Source of the DNA: Ignavibacteriota bacterium
Lineage (GTDB): Bacteria; Bacteroidota; Ignavibacteria; UBA10030
Assembly: GCA_963701295.1 (NCBI GenBank)
Contig: OY969585.1
Location: 992,001-1,056,000, forward strand
Reading direction: 5' to 3'
DNA: 64,000 nucleotides
Under the pieces are notes generated by a model, which was not told where the DNA came from, did no database searches, and saw nothing but the letters and a program-made list of their open reading frames with translations. A program made the translations under genes and the position numbers. The stretch's first letter is position 1; every line of letters begins with the position of its first letter. This document shows, in pieces, positions 50,006-59,386 of the stretch.

Positions 50006-50629
50006 TCATGTACTCGTCGCACTTGATACAATTTCCGGGAACCCAACAAAGCGCCCCAAGACACGTACGATAGAAAGCAAAGATAGTCCAATGGAAATCA
50101 ATACGAACGACCATGTCATGAAGCTACCGATAATTTTCTCTATGTGGTAAAGGTCGCCTCTATCGCCGGAGAGAAATGCGATAGTTTCGCACACGAAGTC
50201 AAAAGCGGGCCTGAGACAGAGAAGCATGAAAACGAAACCAACTACAAAAGGATTCTTGGAAAACTCTCGACGTAAAACAAATATGCCTGCGACAATACAT
50301 GCTACATCCAGTATGTATGGAGAGCTTGTCAGGACTAGTTGTTGCCAACTTTGTGTAATTTCGGCCGGCGTAATCCATGCGCGTCCGAATTCGCCGAGCC
50401 AGAATCTTGGAATGAGCTTATAGTAGATAACTTTGCCCCCCACCAAATGCGTTCCAGCAATATGACTCAACTCGTGTAACGGCGAGTAGGTCAGATACCA
50501 CAGAAGAGGTATACTCATGAGACAAGAGATGGTAGTATATAACGGCCAGTTTCCCTTGAGGTACAAAAAAAGGAGAGGCGTGACAACCACCAGCAAGATC
50601 TCGAATGTAATCAGCAATTGGTTGTTCAT
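50006..50629 (-). CDS. Membrane protein with HExxH motif (M50-like zinc metalloprotease)
   Basis: PLHELSHIAG, SSPY and GDL motifs; several transmembrane segments. Confidence 0.6.
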   Translation of the reverse strand: MNNQLLITFEILLVVVTPLLFLYLKGNWPLYTTISCLMSIPLLWYLTYSPLHELSHIAGTHLVGGKVIYYKLIPRFWLGEFGRAWITPAEITQSWQQLVLTSSPYILDVACIVAGIFVLRREFSKNPFVVGFVFMLLCLRPAFDFVCETIAFLSGDRGDLYHIEKIIGSFMTWSFVLISIGLSLLSIVRVLGRFVGFPEIVSSATST

Positions 50630-50733
50630 GTGTTAGCTTTCAGGCAAAAGTGAACCGAATAGGTATGAAGTCGTTCTATATCTTGCAGCCTATGCTCATG
50701 CATGCACACTGAGGCAAATGGCGTCACAGCGTG

Positions 50734-51405
50734 TTATGCAATGTTGTTTTGTTTAATCTTCTTTAAATAATTTTCAATAATAGAAAATGTCTTTTCCAAA
50801 AGAAAAATATCACTATGCAATGCATTTTCAATACTTACTATAGTGTCATAACTTTCTGATAGCTTTTCACAATATTGTTTTATTTCGGGAATATCTCTTG
50901 AACCGTATATGATTAAATCATGATGAGTAAAACCAGAATCAATCAATGGAAGATTTTTTAATATATCAAACAAAACTTTTGGGCTGTCTTCGAAAACTCT
51001 ATAATGTCTCATATTATGAATAAGTGTTTTTGTTTGTTCAGAGAAAGATTGACTTAACGCTGGCGAAAGACCAATTCTGAAATTTGCTTTTGTTAGTAAT
51101 GCTAATCGTCCACCTAAAGAGTGGCCAATAACAATTAACGGTTTATGAAGCGTATTTACTAAAGAGTCAATGTCTTCCTCAATCTTTGGTGAAAATGGAA
51201 GAGTATTTTCACCATGTCCACGCAAGTCAATAGTGAAAGTATTATAGCCAAGATTTGAAATTCTCCAGCTTAGTCCTAATTGTTCTTCTTTATTTCCACC
51301 AAAACCATGAATAACAAGTACATTTGGGAAGTCGTCGGATAATGTTATTTTAATTGCTGGAATATCAACTCCTAAACCCTTCATAAGAAGAGTTTCAATT
51401 TTCAT
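50734..51405 (-). CDS. Alpha/beta hydrolase
   Basis: IHGFGG, DLRGHG, GHSLGG and ALH motifs; the stop codon overlaps a GCATAAC core site. Confidence 0.85.
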   Translation of the reverse strand: MKIETLLMKGLGVDIPAIKITLSDDFPNVLVIHGFGGNKEEQLGLSWRISNLGYNTFTIDLRGHGENTLPFSPKIEEDIDSLVNTLHKPLIVIGHSLGGRLALLTKANFRIGLSPALSQSFSEQTKTLIHNMRHYRVFEDSPKVLFDILKNLPLIDSGFTHHDLIIYGSRDIPEIKQYCEKLSESYDTIVSIENALHSDIFLLEKTFSIIENYLKKIKQNNIA

Positions 51406-51579
51406 ATTTCCTCCAAACAATGCCGCCTAACGTTCCGCATAGCCGCGTATCATTGATATCCCACAAAGCAGGAAATCTAGAGCGATGCAGAGATCATCCT
51501 GTAAATATTTTGCGAATCGAGATATCATAGGTCATACGAACAGTATAATCGGCAAGGTTGTCTATAATCCAAAGATTAT

Positions 51580-52005
51580 CTAATTAAAAATTGAAATAAT
51601 AATTCCTGCTATGATAACAAACATTGCATACAGAGACCCTTTCCAAGGTGTATCTGATTTTGTCTTCTTATGTAAATAGTAATTGTTAGCAAAAAGTCCC
51701 ATGCAAAAAATCAGAGCTATAACAGGAATTAAATATTTGTAGGATGTATTTGGATTAAAATGATTAACAAGTGGGCATACGAGTAATAAGACGGATAGAA
51801 TGAGAAAGCCCATGCCGGCCAGTCTTAGCAGCGATAAGATTACAAGTTTAAGAGGATTTTCAATTTCATCCCATAGTGTACCGGCAGCTTTTTCATGGAA
51901 AGGTAAGAATTTAGTAGAAAACAAACTTTTGAATGCCATAACCAAAGAGATCACGCCTACGAATAGATAGAGCACAACAGGTATTATTTTAAATATTTCT
52001 TTCAT
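51580..52005 (-). CDS. Hypothetical four-transmembrane protein
   Basis: 141-aa ORF with four hydrophobic segments; SD AAGGTG. Confidence 0.7.
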   Translation of the reverse strand: MKEIFKIIPVVLYLFVGVISLVMAFKSLFSTKFLPFHEKAAGTLWDEIENPLKLVILSLLRLAGMGFLILSVLLLVCPLVNHFNPNTSYKYLIPVIALIFCMGLFANNYYLHKKTKSDTPWKGSLYAMFVIIAGIIISIFN

Positions 52006-52095
52006 TTATAATCACCTTGTAAATAACATGAAAATGATATCCCAGCCAGAGGCCCTTAACAAACACAAGCGTTAGCTTATGTTTGTATTGTTTTA

Positions 52096-53040
52096 TTACA
52101 AATAGTCCTGCTTAACATTTTTATGCGTGTTAGCTGCCGTTTTCTTTTGTTCATCAACAGCAATCCGCAAACGCCATGTTGCTTGTATTTTGCCTGCTTT
52201 GTGTATTCTAAATAATTGTTTTATTGTTGCACTTTTCATAAAATATTTTAACGAGCTCAATTTGGAACGTTTTATATTTGCTTCTTTGTCAATAGTAAAA
52301 CCCATTTGCTTGAAAAATACTTCCGCTTCTTCAAAGCTCTCAAATTTATTATCTTCTATACAATGCTGTTCAAAAAACTCCTTCGTTTTATTGTCAAATT
52401 TAAGACTGAGTTTTTCTTGTTGATTTTTGAGATAAATATCTGCTGTTATCCAATAACCGCCCCGCTCCTTTAATATCTTGTGAATAATGCTGCAAAGTTT
52501 TTCCTTTTCATGCCTATCTAAATACATTAATAACCCTTCGTTTACAATAACAATCTCTCCATCTGGAAAATGGTTTACTATTTCATGAAATTTTGTATCG
52601 TCAAGAGCATTTAACGGCAGTAGTTCTAATGTTCCTTCCGTGTTAAAGCTTTCATTTTTTAGAGCAGTTATAAATTTATTTTTCGTCGCTATTACATCTG
52701 GTAAGTCTGTATCAATGTAATAAAATCCTTTTTGTTTTGTAGTTTCTAAGCCTCGAAAGGAGAATCCTGATGATAATTCTAAAATATTTTTAATCGGCAA
52801 ATCTGTTAATAATTGGTCAATACTCCAGTACCTATTTTCAAAATGAACTACTCTTGCCCAAAAAGTCATATCCTTGTTGCTAAAATCCGGATTATATTTT
52901 TCAGGATATTCTATCAATTCAGCCGTCTGTCGGGCAAAAGGTATATTCGTATGCGCTTTCATGAATAACAGTGATTTAGCTGATGGGCTAATCGTGTTGA
53001 AATTGCAATTGGTTGAATTTATTTGTTCCATAGTATTCAT
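52096..53040 (-). CDS. Class I SAM-dependent methyltransferase (LCM-like)
   Basis: ILELSSGFSFRG, DTDLPDV and VNEGLLMYL motifs; the C-terminus (KTAANT) reads through an AGCTAAC core site. Confidence 0.75.
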   Translation of the reverse strand: MNTMEQINSTNCNFNTISPSAKSLLFMKAHTNIPFARQTAELIEYPEKYNPDFSNKDMTFWARVVHFENRYWSIDQLLTDLPIKNILELSSGFSFRGLETTKQKGFYYIDTDLPDVIATKNKFITALKNESFNTEGTLELLPLNALDDTKFHEIVNHFPDGEIVIVNEGLLMYLDRHEKEKLCSIIHKILKERGGYWITADIYLKNQQEKLSLKFDNKTKEFFEQHCIEDNKFESFEEAEVFFKQMGFTIDKEANIKRSKLSSLKYFMKSATIKQLFRIHKAGKIQATWRLRIAVDEQKKTAANTHKNVKQDYL

Positions 53041-53312
53041 TTTGTCAGATGAATGCCTGTAATGTTGTCCCCACGGTTGCGGCCAACGCCCAACAAACAA
53101 AGCAATATATACGCAGATATTCTTCTGTAAATATAAGAGAAGCTTGTGTCTATTTTTTCTGCCAAACTTGCTGCCCTTCTACAATACTTATCATTTCCTC
53201 ATTGCCAGCCGGAATGTTTTTTATGCAGGCGGGCGCTCATTCTGTCAGCTTGCTGCCCAGTTGTATTTTGGCAGGGAGCGCCTCGTTAGGCAGTTTGTTA
53301 AAATAAATTAAA

Positions 53313-54167
53313 TCAAAGATATATTCCTCGTCCCATTGTCCAACAAAAAACTGTGAATATAATTACGCCATAGAAAATAATATTCAATTGTTGTTTAGTT
53401 AAAAAAAGTTCGTCTAAACCGTTTGTTTCCCGATGAACATTTTTATTAGATTTTCGTAAATATCTTGGTGTTAATAGCAGTGGAAAGAACATTGGGAAGG
53501 TAATTGCTTCTATAAAAGTGTCAATTGAATGTGGGCTAGAAAACGAAACTGCAATTAATGTTGAAACTCCTGGTGACAAATACGGATATAGAAATAATTG
53601 CCATAATCGACGTGTTAAAGAACTATTTCTAAAGGTGTTGAATATTTTTAGGGCTGCACTAACAATTAAATAAAAAAAGATACGATAAGAGAAAAAACCA
53701 ATAACTATTAATAATATTCTCCATGTCAGAAGTTCAATAGCTCCTCTAATATCAAATGCAAAAATCGCCTTTATTCGTTATGCCTGCGTAAAAACATAGC
53801 CATGAAAAACCAAAACAAGTTGAATGTCATGGTATGCAATAGTAGCAATTGAGAATAGGCTTTAAAGTGATTTGCTCTTCGCAGCAGTGTCCAAAGTAGC
53901 AATCCGATTGCAAGGTTAGTAAGCGGTCCAAAATCGTCCGTAATAAAACTATGTGTCTCACTTCTAAAATAAACAGAAGTCAACAAAGTAATTTTTCCAC
54001 CTGTAACTAAACATGCTCCTCCATGTCCTATTGCTTCATAGGCAATATCTGCGATTATGTATGACATTGTCCCAATAGAAACTAATGTCAAGTAATGATA
54101 TAGTTTTTCTTTTGAGTTTTGGTTCAATTCGCCATTCTTTGTTTTTAAAATTGTTCTGTTCTGTCAT
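53313..54167 (-). pseudogene. Frameshifted membrane protein (HExxGH/M50-like family remnant)
   Basis: Track ORFs 53771-54127 and 53313-53579 and ATG 54167 join into one roughly 283-aa membrane protein if one base is removed from each of three homopolymer runs (near 54145, 53807 and 53762). Confidence 0.7.
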
Positions 54168-54238
54168 CTTTGCAATGTCGTAAAATAGTTATTCTGTTGC
54201 TGAAAGGCTTGCTGTTAACTTCTGTAAAAGCGCAAGCG

Positions 54239-54400
54239 GTATAATGGATGGGCACTAAGCTGCGGCAATGAATACCTTCAATTTGCAATCACCGAAACAA
54301 GTTCACAATGATTATTTTCAAGTTATTTACAAACCTCTGCTCGCCGTGAATTTTGCACTGAGCTTGCCCGCCGTCTTTTTGGCGGGCTCATTCGTTAGGC
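54239..54400 (-). repeat. attC-like recombination site (right core degenerate)
   Basis: Minus strand GCCTAAC...AAGCT......GCCGCAGCTTAGTGCCCATCC-ATTATAC (GTT changed to ATT). The left arm resembles the one at 53247-53292. Confidence 0.6.
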
Positions 54401-54419
54401 GACTACGGGATGATTATTA

Positions 54420-54656
54420 TTACTTCCATCCTTGGATGCTAAGATCGGCGAACGATTCCAAATAACCACATTTGTCACAACAATACGTTGTAATAGGATG
54501 ACGGCGTTTATTAGTAAATTTGATTCCTGTCCACCATGATCGTTCAACTATTCCTTCTACCCAACAATTAACAGCTAATCGTCCGGTAGGAAGTTCCATG
54601 GCGAATCCTTCAATCATTGAACTACCACATTTACTGCATTGAAATTGTTTGCTCAT
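54420..54656 (-). CDS. Small zinc-ribbon protein (PF20097/DUF6487-like)
   Basis: CSKCGSSMIEGF...WVEG...TYCCDKCGYLESFA; first gene after the GTTAGGC site at 54695-54701. Confidence 0.75.
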   Translation of the reverse strand: MSKQFQCSKCGSSMIEGFAMELPTGRLAVNCWVEGIVERSWWTGIKFTNKRRHPITTYCCDKCGYLESFADLSIQGWK

Positions 54657-54866
54657 TGAACATTCCTTTTTTAATTACGAAAATATTTGTAGCCGCCTAA
54701 CATGTGATTAGATAGACTTAGTCTGTATTTTGTCTGTAATAGGATAATAGAGAGACTTTGTGTTTAATATTGCATCCGCCAATTGCCAATCCTTGCGCTC
54801 AATGGGTAGTTACGATTTCCTTATTAAGTTTGATATTAAAATTAATCATAGGCGTGTATATTGTCC

Positions 54867-54894
54867 GTAGGGACGTTTAATTATTCGTCCCTAC
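54867..54894. repeat. GTAG-type REP-like palindrome
   Basis: GTAGGGACG-N10-CGTCCCTAC perfect inverted repeat. Confidence 0.6.
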
Positions 54895-55225
54895 AAAAGC
54901 AATAAATTTTAATTTCTCAAGAACTGTCATTGGCGATTCCCAACGGGGATAATCAGCGATTTGATATTTTTGCTGCTATTAATATACATGTTTCTCGATG
55001 GGAGAGCAAGATTAAAAAAGGTTTTCTTCGAATTGGAATCCGCATAGCGCTTTGCCTTGTGAGATATACACCTCGTTTGCAACGAACAATTCTAATAAAG
55101 AAAATCCCCGGCGCGCTCTTAAGCTCCAGGGATTAAGAAGGCTAATGCAAGCAGTCGGGGGAAACGGCACGACTATGGCATCATCATTCATCATCTTGCT
55201 CTTTTTCTTTTTGCATTCATGCACT

Positions 55226-56282
55226 TCATGGGTTAGCTACCCATGTGTTGTAGATGAACTCACTGTATGGATCGCCGGCAACTTCCTCGATAACGTTGCG
55301 CACAGCCATCTCATCAGTAGTTAATTGTGATGCAAGCCATTTGATAACCGCTACGGCCTTGTCCCTTTCTGCCAGATCAGCACCAGTGAAAGAATTCCAG
55401 AGATTAATGATCTCAAACGCACTGCGGAGACCGACCTTTCTCCATTTATCTTGATCCTGTTCCGTATATATCCACAGCAATGCCTGGCCGACACAATCGA
55501 CTATGTAACTGTACCCGAGGTTCGTACGGATAGTAAGTCTTATCGGATCGAAATATGCCAATTGTGAAACAGTTGTGATTCCTTCCTCTGCAAACCGTTC
55601 AGCTTTACGTGCATCAATCCCATGCAAAACCTGAAGCTGGCTCTCGTCGGCATTGTCGGAGCCCTCACCCAAATTCAACTTTTGTCTGGCGAGCTTTCTC
55701 ATTAAAGAAAAGAGACTATTGGTAGGAAATGCTCCTAGAAAAACCGCGATCGCTGGACCAACGTTTTTCAGTCGCAAATTGCGATACGGCATAGCCTAAG
55801 GGAATCGCTACAGCGAACCTGAAAGAGGCTAAGTATAAATCACCCGGCGAGAGATCAGCGTACCACCATCTGGTAATCTGGTCATACGATACCCACATAT
55901 AGGCTCCAAACACCGCAAACACTCCTATCGCCTTCGATGGCGGATTCAGAATTGCGCCACTATTCGAGAGCAGCCACAGGTAACACTCGAATAAAAGAAA
56001 AGCAGCAACTAAGAAAAACAGGACAATGGGGAGCATGAAATGCTTTCTTCCAAACTGAGTATCGTAATATTTTTCAAATCGAAGCTCCTGTTCCTCTTTG
56101 TCATTTCCAAATTTTGGATGAAATTGTTTGAAATATGAGATAATGGCCTTTTGTTGATCACTGTTAATGCCACATAATATTTCGTTATAACGCTCCTTCC
56201 AACCCCAAACAAGAAACGAAAGACTTGGGGCAATTAAAAGCGCGATCGCAAGTATGACACCATAGAGATATAAATCGTTCAT
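55226..56282 (-). pseudogene. Frameshifted membrane protein with C-terminal helix-hairpin-helix-like domain
   Basis: ORFs 55716-56282 and 55226-55792 fuse (…SQFATE-NVGPAIAV…) if one A is removed from the A5 run at 55764-55768, giving 351 aa. LQVLHGIDARKAERFAEEGITTVSQLA is HhH-like. Confidence 0.7.
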
Positions 56283-56452
56283 ATCAATTCTCCTTTATTT
56301 TCTGAATGAAGCAAAATCTATTTTCCGTATTGTCCATCGTTACTAAAGCACGAATCGTATCCCGTCGTCGTCAAGATGGCGGCGGTTTGTGGTATGGTAA
56401 ATGGTGAAACGAACTATATAGCCATTCAGTACAATCCACAAATTATCAGTTC

Positions 56453-57637
56453 CTACTGTGGTCTTTGGGATCCAAAACCAAACATGAAGTTCAGCGCGCT
56501 TACAAGGTTTCCCGTTTGCAATCCTTGGCTGTCCCTGCCAAAAGTAAATGATACAAGGCTGTTTTTAGCCATGGAATAATCGACCTCAAAATCGATTTTC
56601 CAATTTGTACTCTTCGCTTGATTTATCAAAGTGCGATAAAGTGCTTCGCCGGAAAAAGATAATTTCGGAGAGCAAGTTAATATGAGTCTTCCCCCCAGGT
56701 CGAGATTGTTCTCAACGGAGTTTTTCGCGTCAACAAGATATCTCACGACGCCCAATAGACTGTAGTCTTGAAATTCGTAGCCACCAGTAACCCACACGCC
56801 GTATTTAATTATTGAGGAGTTATTAAACACTTGTTTGGGAAAATCAAGAACCATTCCTCCTGCAACATTCAATTTCCAACCCAATCGACGAAGTTGAATC
56901 GATGTCACCAGATTCTTAAGCTGTTGCAGTTGGGTCTGGTTATTAGATCGAATCTCATTTTCCACTGCGACGTGGAGTTCTGCGCCCCTCGCATCTATCT
57001 GGGTATTTATTAAGGCAACTAATGCGGTGTCGTTTCTGCCCGAAGCAACTTCGTTAGCCTTGATTAGTTTGGACAATGTTGTATCCATGGATAATTTCTT
57101 CCGATAGACTGAATCGATCTCATTATTCAAAGCGCCAATACTATTAACAACAGAATCAAGCTTAGTTTTGTAGTTATCGAATCTCGTATCGATTTGTCCT
57201 TGCAGTAATGAGAATCGAACGCCGATTCCCATACCAGTTGATAGAGTATCGGGCGCACCTTCAAACTTAGAACTGATCGCTAAAGAAATTGAGAAAGTCT
57301 GCTCCATCGTCGAGATGACTCCATTATCCCCCGAGTAATCTTTGTACGTAAGAGTAGGATGTCCGAAGAGCCAAAAAGGGGCAACTTCAACAGCATAATT
57401 TTGCGGCAGGGCACTCAAGCCACTAGTGTTATTGAGGATATTTACTGCAAAATCTGTCACGTTACTAGGTCTTTCAACTGACAATGGCTCAACGCCGAGC
57501 AAAACGAACCCAGGTGCATTCGGCGAAAGTAGCATATTTAGAGAAGTCGTGTCTTGTTGTGCTAAACAATGCGAATTCAAGCAACTTAAAAAAAGCAAAG
57601 AAAGAACTGCACCTGAAATTTGTCTAAGGGTTGTCAT
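56453..57637 (-). CDS. Hypothetical exported protein (probable beta-barrel with helical insertion)
   Basis: Signal peptide, alternating beta-strand pattern in the C-terminal half, central helical/coiled region; SD GGGAGG. Confidence 0.7.
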   Translation of the reverse strand: MTTLRQISGAVLSLLFLSCLNSHCLAQQDTTSLNMLLSPNAPGFVLLGVEPLSVERPSNVTDFAVNILNNTSGLSALPQNYAVEVAPFWLFGHPTLTYKDYSGDNGVISTMEQTFSISLAISSKFEGAPDTLSTGMGIGVRFSLLQGQIDTRFDNYKTKLDSVVNSIGALNNEIDSVYRKKLSMDTTLSKLIKANEVASGRNDTALVALINTQIDARGAELHVAVENEIRSNNQTQLQQLKNLVTSIQLRRLGWKLNVAGGMVLDFPKQVFNNSSIIKYGVWVTGGYEFQDYSLLGVVRYLVDAKNSVENNLDLGGRLILTCSPKLSFSGEALYRTLINQAKSTNWKIDFEVDYSMAKNSLVSFTFGRDSQGLQTGNLVSALNFMFGFGSQRPQ

Positions 57638-57664
57638 TGTTCATTCTCCTCCCATTATTTATAG

Positions 57665-58018
57665 TCAAATCAAGAAAAATGTTGCCGCATAAAATACAAC
57701 GTCACCTAGATTTGTCACTGACTCATTAAGTGTTTGCTGGAAGTCAGATACTCCTCCAGTTAGCTTGTATGTTACATCAGTTTGTTTTGTTTCGGGCCGA
57801 ATATCGGTGACCGTTGTTGAGCAATACAGAGTTTGACCGACAATGTCATTGTCTATTCCAACATCGCAGTTAATGTTACCAACCTGATTAGACACCATCG
57901 ATTTTGTTCCCAAGGTCACAGATGTCACCCCTTTTTGTCCGTCGCCTATAATGACTGTAAGGTTCAAGAGTGTGCCATCCCTTTTTAGTTTATACGCCTT
58001 TGTCACAGTTGTACTCAT
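57665..58018 (-). CDS. Hypothetical beta-rich protein
   Basis: 117-aa Thr/Val-rich ORF with SD AAGGAG; 27 nt upstream of the next gene. Confidence 0.7.
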   Translation of the reverse strand: MSTTVTKAYKLKRDGTLLNLTVIIGDGQKGVTSVTLGTKSMVSNQVGNINCDVGIDNDIVGQTLYCSTTVTDIRPETKQTDVTYKLTGGVSDFQQTLNESVTNLGDVVFYAATFFLI

Positions 58019-58370
58019 GATATTCTCCTTCTCTTTTGCCTACTCTTGATAGGATTTTCGGCTTCCTCCTTTTTTTATGGACGCGCAATCGTCGAATTAT
58101 AAAAACGGGCGAATCCGACCTTGTGTCGAAATTGATCATCAAAGCATGATACTCGTGCATACGGTTATTGAGCACCTGATGAACGACAGATTTTTGAATT
58201 TCAATTGTATGAATGGGCGCGTACAGTTTACTTTTTCCTGATACGTGGAAGTGTCAGGAACGTACAACCAAGGGAATGCCCCTTAAAACTTTTATATCTG
58301 TTGCTATGAAGAATACTTCATAGAACATGGGAACGTATGGATGTTCGTGAATTGTTAAGCACCGGTCTTC

Positions 58371-58673
58371 TTACGAAGACGGTGTTTGCATTCGCGTATG
58401 GCGGAATTCACTAAGCATCGTGCTTGTACTACCAAACCGTTGTTCTGCTGTTTTCAGTACAATATCTTTTATATCCTGGAGTTCTCGCAATTCCGCTGAG
58501 ACGTTTGTATTATTTCCCAATGATGTATAACTATGTGCGGCGACCCGTGTAATAAGTACGCGCATTCGATAAATATGATGGTCGATCTTATCGGTCTCTG
58601 AAAATTGTGAGGAATATCTCAATGCAGCATGTAAGACTGCAGAAGCTTCGTGGAGAATGTTATCAACGGCCAT
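58371..58673 (-). CDS. Hypothetical helical protein
   Basis: 100 aa from ATG 58673 with SD AAAGGAG. Confidence 0.55.
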   Translation of the reverse strand: MAVDNILHEASAVLHAALRYSSQFSETDKIDHHIYRMRVLITRVAAHSYTSLGNNTNVSAELRELQDIKDIVLKTAEQRFGSTSTMLSEFRHTRMQTPSS

Positions 58674-58953
58674 ACTGGAATCTCCTTTCTTGATCAATTG
58701 AGTTATCGTTTATATTGATCCTGTATATCAATGCTCTGGTTTGATAGTACACACGTAAAAAGCTGTGTATTGCTTCGTATATAATTGGTTAAAACCATAT
58801 TTCTTTTCTTGTATTGGCACTGAACCCTTTTCTGCCGTTCCTCTGGACTGCACAACAAAGGATCTGCACAAGTGTTGTATAATATACGTTTCCTTGCTTT
58901 TTCACGCCCATTATGTGTATAATCACAAATTATTGGAATCATCTTAAAATCGC

Positions 58954-58982
58954 TTGCACCTACAGAATCGTTTTAGTATAAT
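58954..58982 (+). promoter_or_regulatory. Sigma70-like promoter
   Basis: TTGCAC-N17-TATAAT with no plus-strand CDS downstream. Confidence 0.65.
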
Positions 58983-58986
58983 ATGA

Positions 58987-59084
58987 ATAGAACGTCCTCG
59001 ATGGGAACCCAAATCCTTGGTGAGACTATCCCTCCCTGAGTCTCATTACCTGTGTTGGCGCGCGGGATCGAGGACGTTTGCTAT
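58987..59084. ncRNA. Candidate structured small RNA (strand unresolved)
   Basis: A perfect 12-bp closing stem (58991-59002 with 59067-59078) encloses hairpins CCAA-atcc-TTGG and TGAGACT-atccctccctg-AGTCTCA. GC-rich island in AT-rich intergenic DNA. Confidence 0.5.
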
Positions 59085-59386
59085 ATTCTGACCTACATTC
59101 TATATACCAACACACGGCAGTATTGAGCCTCATCGCATTATATTAAAGAACGAACTTTTTCAATCACAAAATATATAAGAGATATTCATGTAAAGACAAA
59201 GAATTTACATGTCGTATTAATACAAATACGTTGCCAATTTTTCGTTACACGGTTTTTGTAATAAAAAGCGGGAAAAATCATGTAAGAAGCTTTCTAAAAA
59301 AAGGTTTTTCAGAAGGATTGTACTATCATGTGTAGAGAAGGTTCCTCAGGATCGAAAGAGGAAAGCCAAATGGTCGATATGATCAG

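Larger units (their letters stand above)
49353..54760 (-). mobile_element. Degenerate integron-like gene-cassette array without integrase (CALIN-like)
   Basis: Co-oriented, mostly AT-rich, unrelated genes separated by RYYYAAC/GTTRRRY core sites at 49888, 50733, 51425, 52129, 53081/53088, 53286, 54239, 54394 and 54695. Confidence 0.65.

Noticed and set aside
54760-55225. Integron integrase next to the attI-like site
   Set aside because: Only short ORFs with no tyrosine-recombinase R-H-R-Y motifs.
58703-58947. Track ORFs 58703-58942 and 58765-58947 as a toxin partner for the candidate sRNA
   Set aside because: No SD and no clear hydrophobic toxin helix, and they do not overlap the structured element, so a type I toxin-antitoxin call is unsupported.
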